Assembly (NCBI GenBank): GCA_024679065.1 | Contig: JAGIQG010000003.1 | Location: 100,626,001-100,690,000 of the forward strand | Source of the DNA: Sphyrna mokarran | Lineage: Eukaryota | Direction of reading: 5' to 3' | Length of the DNA stretch: 64,000 bases | In this document: positions 26,455-36,139 of the stretch, in pieces | How positions within the stretch are numbered: the first letter of the stretch is position 1 | Layout of the letters: each line of letters begins with the position of its first letter | Made by a program: the position numbers and the translations under genes | Notes under the pieces: generated by a model | What the model was told of the DNA's origin: nothing | Seen by the model: the letters and a program-made list of their open reading frames with translations, nothing else | Database searches by the model: none

Positions 26455-26768
26455 GGTGACACTGTGGCACAGTGACTAGCGCCGCCTCACAGTAATAGGG
26501 ATCCAAATTCAATTCTTCTTTTGCCTGACTGTGTGGAGTTTGCACATTCTTCCCATTTCTGCATGGATTTCCTTCGGGTGCTATGGTTTCTTCCTGCAGT
26601 CCATACATGTGCAGGTTAGGTTGATTGGATATGCTAAATTCCCCTTAGTGTCAGGGGGATTAGCAGGGTAAATATGAGAGGTTGTGGAAGTAGGGTCTGG
26701 GTGTGATTGCTGTTGTTGCAAGCTTGATGAGCCTAATGACCTATTTTTGCACTGTAGGGATTCTATTT
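26455..26768 (+). mobile_element. HE1 V-SINE
   Basis: gtggcacagtgactagcgccgcctcacag...tgtgtggagtttgcacattct...gcactgtagggattctat. Confidence 0.92.
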
Positions 26769-26880
26769 TGGAGACCAGAACACCTCATTCACCTGACGAA
26801 GGCACAAACACCAAAAGCTAGCAAGTTTAATATCAAATAAATCGGTTGGATTTAAAATTGGTGTTGCCAGACTCTTACTG
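26768..26880 (+). mobile_element. PLE pLTR fragment (tail-less) with degenerate hammerhead
   Basis: cacctcattcacctgacgaaggc...aaagctagc...tatcaaataaatcggttgga, homologous to 11540-11646. Confidence 0.85.
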
Positions 26881-26894
26881 ACTCTATGAATGTA

Positions 26895-27070
26895 AGAACT
26901 CAGTAAGAATTTAGCAACACCAATTTTAAATCCAACCGATTTATTTGATAGTAAAATTGCGAGCTTTCAACACTCTGGTCTTCGTCAGGCAAATGCAGTG
27001 TGAGATTTAAAATTGGTGTTGCTAAATTCTTACTGAGTTCTTACTACTCCAGTCCAACGCCGGCATCTTT
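26895..27070 (+). mobile_element. Short PLE fold-back element with 14-bp TSD
   Basis: Direct repeat actctatgaatgta at 26881-26894 and 27071-27084. Perfect 40-bp inverted repeat 26893-26932 / 27004-27043. 3' tail ccagtccaacgccggcatc. Confidence 0.88.
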
Positions 27071-28205
27071 ACTCTATGAATGTAGGCATGGAATGCTTCC
27101 ATGTCACTTTTTGTAGAGGTAGTAACAAAGCTATGATTCTTCTTTTATTAACTTGGAACTAATTGCCACCATAATTCCATTAATTGTCCTGCTCCTACTA
27201 ATAGATGAATTGCTAATCATGCATGCATAAATACATATGTGTTGCTCCAATTTTTATGTCCTACTTATACAAGTATAGTGAGCTGAGGGCTGTGTTAGTG
27301 ATTTGGAAATGCTTTTAGAATGGAAAAAAAAATCTTTATCGTGACAGAAGGGTTTTTTTCTGAAGAGAGATGGAACAGCCTATCCCTTAAAGGTGCTGTG
27401 AAAACCATGGATAATTTGGATTGCCAGAAGAAGGAGAGAGTGAAGATCATGGGTAACTTGGTTTGCCAGAGGAAGAAGAAAAGGTTATTAAGGCTAGATC
27501 TACACTGAACTCAGTGAAAATTCAATCTGATATGAGTAGGCCTCTTGATGTGGTCTCATGTCTCAGAGCTTTAATGTGTCCAGTGTTCCCATTGCCACAC
27601 TGATGTGCACCCAAAATTACTTCTCAGTGATGCAAAAGTGGCAACGTATACTGAATCGATTTCTTTTTATCTGACTGACTGAAAATCTCTCTCTGCTTTT
27701 AAAATTTGAGATTTCACTGTTCTTTGAAGTAACAAGGCTCAGAATGCATCACCCACAGCAACACAGTTAAATTGACCAAACTGAAGGAACTTGTATAGAG
27801 ATAATAATTCAGAACAAAATCAATTGACACTTGGAAAAGCACGGGCTAATAAAATTAGGGTCAGTTTGACAAAATTCATTAGGAATTTCACTTGGAAGTG
27901 TGTGAAATCATATGAGAAAACATCAGACTCGAATTTCGATGTCACTGCGCACTGACACAATATTTCTGTCGGTGTGTGGGTGAGAATGGAAAGTGCGCAC
28001 ACCGACAATCAAACAGGCCATTTAGCCCATAAAGGGGTCAATTGGATGCAATTTTACATTGCTCATTTGCTTTTTTAGCTATTGGGCAATCTGATTGCCC
28101 AGACAGCCTTTGTGTTTTCACTGAAACCCCAACCCACTGCCAATATCTGGGCTGAAATAAAATTTTGAAAGATGTCTAAGGACTGAGAATTGTGTTTGAA
28201 AAAGC

Positions 28206-28603
28206 ATGATGTAGAGATGCTGGTGTTGGACTGGGTAAACACAGTAAAGTAGTCTTACAACACCAGGTTGAAGTCCAACAAGTTTATTTGGTAGCAAGTG
28301 CCACTAGCTTTCAGAGCGCTGCTCCTTCGTCAGGTGAGTGGGGATTTCTGATCACAAATGGGACATATAAAGGCACAAACTCAGTTTACAGAATGTTGAT
28401 TAGAATGAAAGTTTTTACAGCTAATCAGTTAGCTTTATAGTTGCATTCTAATCAGTATTCTGTAAACTGAGTGTGTGCTTTTATATGTCCCATTTGTGAT
28501 CAGAAATCCCCACTCACCTGACGAAGGAACAGTTCTCCAAAAGCTAATGGTGTTTGTTATCAAATAAACTTTTTGGACTTTATCCTGGTGTTATGAGACT
28601 TAC
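28206..28603 (-). mobile_element. PLE pLTR fold-back element with 13-bp TSD
   Basis: TSD tttgaaaaagcat at 28195-28207 and 28604-28616. Arms about 28249-28407 and 28444-28603 are inverted. The extra tail is on the left arm only. Confidence 0.92.
28301..28340 (-). ncRNA. Minimal type I hammerhead ribozyme motif
   Basis: Minus strand reads CAC-CUGACGA-A-GGAGC(AGC)GCUCU-GAAA-GC-UA-GUG; core intact. Confidence 0.8.
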
Positions 28604-29139
28604 TTTGAAAAAGCATCCAGCATTTCTGCATTGTAATTTATTTTTGACTAGTCTGCAGCTCTGTAAGGCAGCACTGCAATGACTGTCTCTTTGAGGAGGC
28701 AACATTAAAAGCACTAGCCCGCATCCTCCCTTTCTCAGTGCCTATCCTCTTCCCTCCCTCCCCAGCAGCATTGTGCCTTTCCCAGCGCATGTTTTATACC
28801 AGCTGTTCATAAATTTTCTACCTGGATTGCTCGTGGTCAGAAGCAGGGTTGGACCTGCTTCTGGTCTCATTGAGTGTGTGCACCCAATGGATGAAAAATT
28901 CACATCATAGAGGTGATTTTTGAATGTAGTTTAGTTGAATTTGTATATATTGTGTGCTGGACAGGAGGGTGGTTAAGTTAAACTGCTCTGATTTCCTCAC
29001 TCACTCTCTGTAAACAGAAATGTGTTTTTTATTCAATTTTTGCTTTGTAAATAGTAGTGTATTTTCCCCAACCATTAAATTTGAAGTTTCTAATCTTCCA
29101 TGAATAACTCTCACAATAAACTACAAGTAAGATAAAATC

Positions 29140-29205
29140 ATACATACACATACACACATAGACCTATATATACACACGCACACGCACACGCACACACACA
29201 CACAT
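29140..29205. repeat. Compound (CA)n/(CACACG)n microsatellite
   Basis: Directly visible. Confidence 0.9.
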
Positions 29206-29265
29206 AAGAGGGGTTTTGTAACATACTTTTCTCTTTCTCACACAATAAATGGAAAATAAAGAAAA

Positions 29266-29395
29266 ATGATGTGGAGATGCTGATTTTGGACTGGGATGAG
29301 CATAGTAAGAAGTCTCACAATACCAGGTTAAAGTCCAACAGGTTTATTTAGAATCACAAACTTTTGGAGTGCTGCCCCTTCATCAGGTGAGTGTC
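29266..29395 (-). mobile_element. PLE pLTR 3' fragment with tail and degenerate hammerhead
   Basis: atgatgtggagatgc...caggttaaagtccaacaggtttatt...ccttcatcaggtgag. Confidence 0.88.
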
Positions 29396-29705
29396 AAATA
29401 AGGTAAAAGGAAAAGGGTTCAAGGCATAATTACAGTAAAATGCAATTTAGATTTTACATGTATCTAGAGTGCAGAACCAGATGCCTAATAGAAGGGAAGG
29501 TTGATTGATTGTAGGGTGTTCTGTCTTTCTAGAGTGAGACTGCCATGATGGGATTAGAGAGTGAGTTAATCTTGGAAAAATGACTTCCACAGGTCCAGCA
29601 GTTGGCACTTTTGATGAGAGCAATCTTTTTTTTGCTGCCACCAGCTTGATGGTAGATAGCACAAGCTGTTTTCACTAGAGTTCAAACAGTAACTAAATAT
29701 AAGAT

Positions 29706-29880
29706 TGTGTGTGTGTGTGTGCATATATATGTGTGTGTATATATATTATATATGCCCTGCTTATGAACTGAAATCCTACTCGCCGCCTGACAAAGGAGCA
29801 GTGAGCGCTCAGAAAGCTAGTAGATTTGTTACCCAATAAACCTGTTGGACTTTAACTTGGTGTTGTGAGATTTCTTATTG
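29706..29880 (+). mobile_element. PLE pLTR fragment with (TG)n/(TA)n expansion at its 5' side
   Basis: cctgacaaaggagcagtgagcgctcagaaagctag...aataaacctgttggactttaac. The microsatellite sits where the 57075-57095 copy has gtgtgtgtctatatatgccctg. Confidence 0.85.
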
Positions 29881-30379
29881 TAAATATAAGGACCCAGGGC
29901 TGTACAATTAAAGGAGGTCAGCTGGCCTCAGTCTTGGTCATGTAATACTGATTTTAGTTTATTGAATGAGCTCCTCTTGTTGAAATCATCATGTTGTAAC
30001 AATTAATGTGTAGGCCATTAACATTATTATCTGAGATTTGGATTCGCAAAGGATTATCTTTGTTTGAAATTGGCTGGAATAGACTGGCCATCTGCTGGGC
30101 CATTGTGATAGCTTGGCTGAAATGTCTGTTCCATGCAAAGAGTGTTTCATTCCATGGCTGGGATTCTTCTGGCTTGAGCTGCGCAGCAGGCTGAGAGACA
30201 ACTGCAGGAGACCTTTCGTGAGGTTTGTGCCTCCCAAGCACTTTTTCTTAGCGCAATCAGCTCTGTTCTGACAACTGGTGCATAGCTGATTACTGTATGG
30301 AAATGTCATGGAAATTGACATTTCAATATGAATGGCAGACTGGAGCTGTATTCTCTGAACCTGGTCATGCTTCTCCTCA

Positions 30380-31165
30380 CCTGGGATTGGTGCCCACCAG
30401 CGGGTTTTATAACTGCTCCCCATTAATAGAGAACAGGAGTCCTCACACTGCTGGTGGGGACCAAGGCCATTAGAGGCTCTCCAGGAGGTCAATGGAGGAG
30501 TGTGCCCCTTGGCAGTGCCTGCTTAGCACCCTGGCACTGCTCAAGGAGCACCTTAGCATTGCCTACCAGGCTCTGGGAAGTACCAAGGAGGTGGAGCCAA
30601 ATGGGACAGGGCATGCTAGAGCTTGGGGCCTATTGAAGGTGTGATTGGTGAGGGAGGAACCTGCTGCCACTCTGCAGTGGGAGAAGGAGAGAAGGAAGGC
30701 AATTGGAGCTGATCATCAGAGGGTGGGGTTAGGCCTGATCATTGGTGTGGGGGGTAATCAGGGCTGCCAGTGGGGAGAGGGTAGATTGGGAATGGCAGCG
30801 AGATGAGATTAGATTGGAGCTGGCTGTGGTGGGAACAGGATGCCAATAGGCCAGCGATCAAGGTGGGTTCCAGAAAAGGCCAGTGATTGGAGGCCAGTGA
30901 TCGGCAGGCTGGTAACTGGGGGACTGGGGGAGGGGGGCAGTGTGCATGCACCAATCTCCGCACTAATAGATCGATGCACACGCAGTGGCCCATTTAATGC
31001 TATGCTGTTGGTCACCCACATTTTGGAGTGAATCACACTATGACACACTATATCGCTTGGAATGTCAGAGATTCTTTCAGCTAAGCACATCTTAAAAGCA
31101 ATGGGAGATATTCCCGTTTCTCTGTCCATTGGGCACTTAGTTTTGCTTTGGGAGAATCCCAGCTC
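30380..31165. mobile_element. GC-rich non-autonomous DNA transposon (Harbinger-like)
   Basis: G-rich gatc motifs, ggcagtgcc/ggcactgc, end gggagaatcccagc. Inverse composition relative to the 13.3-14.4 kb block. Confidence 0.5.
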
Positions 31166-31339
31166 ATATGTTTGAGGTATTAGTCTTTGAAAACTTTGAA
31201 ACTTCTCAGAAATTTCTGGAAGCCAGCTATGATCAATTGGAACCACGTTGTCAGCTCAACAATTGTCCATTTTGAAAAGCATGTTTAAAAAGACAAAGTA
31301 GTCCAACTATTTATATATTTTCTTTCATTTCTTAACTGT

Positions 31340-32735
31340 GACAGTAGGCTTTCCAAAGATGCTTGATAAAGTATCACCTGATAGACTTATCAACAAGATG
31401 CAAGCCAATGAGATCAAAAAGACATTGGCAGCATGATTGCAAAATTGGCCGATGGACAAAAAACAAAGAGCCATGCTGAATGTTTGTTTCCTGGGCTGAA
31501 GAGAAATTTCAGTGTTGTTCTCCAGAGCCTGGTGTTAGATATATTGCAATTATTATTTGCATTAATGACTTGGACTTGGTATACAAGACAAAATTCCAAA
31601 ACCTGCAAATAGCATGAGACTTGTAAATGTAGTAATGAAGAAGGTAGTAACAGACTTCAGGAAAGCAGAGAGACTGATGCAATGGGGAGAGACATGGCAG
31701 ATGAAATTTTACATAGAGGATTATGAAGTGATGCAATTTGGTAGGAAGACGAGAAGGAACAATATATTCTGAATGGTACAATTTGAAAACAGGTGCAAAA
31801 ACAAAGAAACCTTGTGGTGTGTACACAGAAAATTTAAAGTTGACAATATAAGGAGCAGAATTCTTCAGCTGCACTAAAAGCCAGAAATTCCTGCCTGACT
31901 GTCAATGGGTTTTCACATTGTTCCCAAGCCACCTGCTAAAACACTAGTGGCAGTGGGATTGGAAAATTCCGGCCATGGAGCCTGTTTAAAAATTGGTTCA
32001 TTGGCTTTATTAATAGATGCAGTACAACACCAAGGATGTTATGCAAAACCTTAACTGGCCAATTCAGGGCCACCCAATTTAGAAAGTCTATCAAGATGTT
32101 GGAGGGGAGCAGCAAAATCTATTAGAATGTTACCAGGGATCAGGTACTTTGGTTACATGGAGAGATGGCAGGTGCTGATATTGGTTTTAAGTTAAGAGAA
32201 GACTTGATAGAGATATTTAAAGTTATTGAAGAGTTTTTATTCAATAAATAAGGAGAAATTATTTTGAGCGGCAGAGGGATCTGTAACCAGAGGACATAGA
32301 TTTAAAGTGATTATCAAGAGAACCAGAGGCAATAGAAGGAAGGCGATGAGTATTTGTAATTGAAGTGAAAGAATGATAGAACATTGAACGTATAACATAG
32401 AATACTACAGCACAAACAGGCCCTTTGGTCCACAACTGCACTAATCATCTCTCTACCTACCAGACCCATCTATAATCCTCAATCCCATTAAATCACATGT
32501 ATTCATCCAGAAGTCTCTTAAAAGACCCCAGCGAGTTCACCTCTATCACCACCGATGGAAGCCGATTCCATTGCAATTTTCAACAGTGAATTGGATTAAA
32601 CTTGAAGCCAAAAATATCACATGTCCATGTGGAAAACTGCAGGGGAATGTGACTAACTTGATAACTCTACCAAAGAGTCACCATAGATATGATGGGTCAA
32701 ATGGTCTCCTTCTCTGCAGTATGATGCTGCGATTC
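31340..32735 (+). mobile_element. Highly decayed CR1 RT region with internal insertions
   Basis: ttccaaagatgcttgataaagtatcac (cf. [10 protein letters not shown]), WQMKF, and 3' UTR gatgggtcaaatggtctccttct. Contains a short palindromic MITE at about 31880-31975 and an inverse CR1 tail at 32390-32570. Confidence 0.75.
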
Positions 32736-34091
32736 TAATTACACGATTTATGAATCTTCTGTAAACAAAGTAGGTATCCTTACCATCAAACGCATCAAGA
32801 TATTGTTGGTTTGAATTTATCTTTGCTTCATTCCAAAACAAAATGAAATCATTGTGTATCTGAATCAGTCTGCACTGTAATATTTACAGCATTCTCCATA
32901 AAAATATCATAAAGGGGAATGCAAGTAGAGAAGTAGCTTTCCTGCATGTTGGCTTGGAGCGAAGTGACTTTGGCTGTTTTATTTACTAAAATTGATCAGA
33001 GTCTTTGCAATATTTATGACATTCTTTGGTATACTAGCTTGCAAAGTTTAGAATGCAGTCATTGTATTGATGAAAAAGAGATCTGCTGTGAAAGTTTTTT
33101 TGTCTTGCATTGTTCAGGTGGATGCAAGACTGCCAAATTTCAAAATAAGAGACAATTTATACTGTATGAGAATGGGGTACTAATTGTTTGACAAGTCGAC
33201 TCTGCTCGTTCAAGGTATTGCAGGGAGCTGTTATCCCATCACACTTTTGTTTAGTTCAAAACAGATGCAATGCCTGGACATATTCCTTTTGTCTGCAGAG
33301 AACAGGTTACAGTGTATGAATAGATGTAGCCCCCAGCAAGTGTACTTGAGTGACACTGATAGCCTGGCTGATAATCTTAAATTGGTTGTTGCATATTTCT
33401 TGGCATAAAAACTCTGGCATTCTTGCATCTGTCCTGAGGAATGCAAGATGAACAACATGTTTCTTTTTTAAAGTTCGGTATTACCAAGTGGCTAAATGCA
33501 TTTTTTGCATTATTTCCATGGTATTACCTTCAAGAGCACCCCCGCATCATTGTTTAGAAAGCATTCAGGTGCAGAGTAAGCAGCTGATTGCTGATATATT
33601 ATGCATTCTGTTTCAATGCCTCTCATGTGTGAGAGTCCATTGATCTACTGAGTTAATCTTTCATATAGCTTTCAAAAGGATGGTGATTATTTATTTGAAC
33701 AAACATTCATTTTAAATATCCATTAGCATTCTACTGATTAACTAAACAGGGCAGAGTTGCAACCAATGGGAGAGTTTAAATCTTTTAAAGATTTAAAAGA
33801 ATTTAAATCTTTAAATTTAAAGAGACTTTAAATCTCCTATGACCAGTCGAAGGATTGTAGTGAAAAGATAAGCAAAAAGAAGGAAAGACTTTATAAAAAT
33901 CTGTATTTATAGTCATGATAAAGACCAGCACCTGAGAGCAAGATGTAGAAGTGTTTTTAAGCAATTTCAACCAAAAGTACCAAGAAGTACCTTTAAGATG
34001 TAATTGTTGTATGTAGCCTGTTACTTTCAATGCGGATCCTCTGAGTTTTTTCTACGAATCCATTTATGCATTGCTTGTAACAAAACAAGTG

Positions 34092-34380
34092 GCTGGCACA
34101 CTGACACTGTGGTTAGCACTGCTGCGTCCCAGCAACAGGGACCCAGGTTCAATTCTAGCCTTGGGTGACTGTGGAATTTGTGTGTTCTTCTCTTGTCTGC
34201 GTGAGTTTCTTCTTGGTGCTCTGGCTTCCTCCAACACTCTGAAGATATGCCCGTTAGGTGGATTGGCTGTGATAAAATCACCACTTTGTATCAGGGTGAA
34301 TATGGGGATAGGGCCTGGGTGGGATTGTTGTCAGTGCAGTTTGGATGGGCCAAATGGCTTCCTTCTGTTTCTATGATTTG
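34092..34380 (+). mobile_element. HE1 V-SINE (paralogous copies at 37000-37280 and 39860-40152)
   Basis: gtggttagcactgctgcgtcccagc...gatgggccaaatggcttccttctgtttctatga. Confidence 0.9.
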
Positions 34381-34609
34381 AGCAAAATCTTTCAGTCGTT
34401 CACTCAAGTAGCTAAGTGAGAACATTGGTGCCAAGTGGATAATCCTACTCAGCCTTCTCCTGAGGTTGCATTATTATAATACCAATGTCCAGCAGGATAG
34501 TTCCTTTCATGTAACAAGAACCAGTTGCAGTGCAACAATAAAACTGACATCTACCCAATAATATGCAAGATAGACTGGATACATTGACCACAAAATAAAT
34601 AATTAACGT

Positions 34610-34780
34610 GAGCCAGCCAATATCCTTTAGGGAAGGAAATGTGTCATCTTTACCTGGTCTAGCCGACACTTGACTCCTGTTCCATAACAATGTGGTTGAT
34701 TCTTAAATGCCTCAGCACTGGGCAATAAATGCTAACCCAGCCAGTGACACCCACATCCCATGAACAAACTTAAAAAAAAA
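34610..34780 (+). mobile_element. SINE 3' part, tentatively MetaSINE-like (paralogs 37522-37690, 40425-40590)
   Basis: cctttagggaaggaaatgtgtcatc...aatgtggttgattcttaaatgcc...gggcaataaatgct. Confidence 0.75.
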
Positions 34781-34854
34781 TGACTGCCTGCCAATAATTT
34801 CCCATTCAAATCAAAATGATAATAAGGAGTCATCAATGACATTACCATTAAAGA

Positions 34855-35620
34855 GTCAGTTTAGATTCTGTAAGAACTGGCCAGTTCCAGATATCACCAC
34901 TATTTTTATCCCACAAGATGTGATTGCTAATGTATTGCTTGCTTGAGGAGAGGTGAGAGTAGTTGCCTCAATATCAAAGTAGCATGTAATGCAGTATGAC
35001 AGAAAGGACCCCTTGTAAAACTGATTATCAATGGGGGTCAAAATGGGAAAGCCTCCTGTCTCTTAAGACGTAACTGGCAAAAAGGAAGATAGTTGTGATT
35101 ATTGGAGGAGAATACCAGCAGCCTCCAGTCACAGACCTGAGAGTCATGATTCAGTTAAGGATGCACTGCTTCTGAATTGCAAAGTTCTGAGTTTACTTCT
35201 CCTTCTCGACACTATCCAGGACAAAACAGCCCATTTGATTAACATCTCATCCACAAACATTCACTCCCTCCACAACCTCTGCACATGGCAGCCGTGTGTA
35301 CCATCTTCAAGATGCACTGCAGGAACTCACCAAGACTCCTGAGGTAGCACTTGCAAAACCCATGACCAGCACAAACATGAGAATACCACCACCTGGAAAT
35401 TCCACTTCAAGCTTCCCACTGTCCTGACTTGGAAACATATTGCCATTCCTTCACCCTCGCTGGGTTAATATCCTGGAACTTCGTCTCAATGAGCACTGCG
35501 AGTATATCTGCACCACCTGCAGCATAGCAGTTCAAGAAGACAGCTCACCAACACCTCCTCAAGGGCAGTTAGGGATGATCAATAAATGCTAGCCTAACCA
35601 TCCAATGAATGAATAAACAA
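34855..35620 (+). mobile_element. CR1-group LINE RT fragment and 3' end (paralogs 37765-38550; 40665-40805 + 43615-44215)
   Basis: Degenerate QFGF, GEVRVVALDIK.AF and IQDKTAHLI...TNIHSLH motifs; tail gggcaataaatgctggcc...atgaatgaata. Confidence 0.75.
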
Positions 35621-35624
35621 AAAT

Positions 35625-35792
35625 CAGATTTTCTGATTATTAGATTTGTGCTTGTGGGAGTTTGCTGAGTGCAGTTGGCTACCATGTTTCTCCCATTACA
35701 CTAGTAACTATACTTCAAAGTGTATTTTGTTGGTGATAAAGACGTGTTCAATGATTGTGAAAAGTGATATATAAATGAAAGCATTTCTTTTT
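35625..35792 (+). mobile_element. DeuSINE (SacSINE1/AmnSINE-like) 3' region (paralogs 38555-38725, 44218-44385)
   Basis: ttgtgggagtttgctgagtgcagttggctaccatgtttctcccattac...tacttcaaag...gtgaaaagtgatatataaatgaaag matches my recall of the Deu-domain end and L2-type tail. Confidence 0.7.
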
Positions 35793-36139
35793 TCACTCCG
35801 CTGTTTTGAAAGTTTTTACTGCAAGAATTGTTTTATTTTTCTTCTATGTCTATCATTTTATTTTCAGAAATTGAACAGGTTTTTGCATTCGGTGTTGAAT
35901 GAGTTGGGGCAGCCGTTTATTACATTTGCATTTGCCAACAGGAGAGCAGAATTTTCTGGCTGTGTTAATGTAAAGACTGGAAAATCCTGCCCAAGGCCAA
36001 CAGACCTTTCTAAGGTCTCTTCCCCCAACCCTCACCTCCCCATCTACTCCCCACAACCCTACCCACCCCCCACCCCCCAAACTCCTTCTGCCATTCTTTT
36101 GGCAGTTGGGATAGGAACATTCTGTCCATAGTCTCTAGT

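Noticed and set aside
29266-29880. Two opposed pLTR fragments read as one large fold-back element
   Set aside because: The arms differ in subfamily details, the 300-bp spacer is not palindromic, and I saw no enclosing TSD. More likely two insertions.
35710-35740. aaagtgtattttgttgg repeated in each tandem unit, resembling a miR-430/302-type cluster
   Set aside because: It lacks the AAGUGCU seed and a precursor hairpin, and it lies within a DeuSINE tail.
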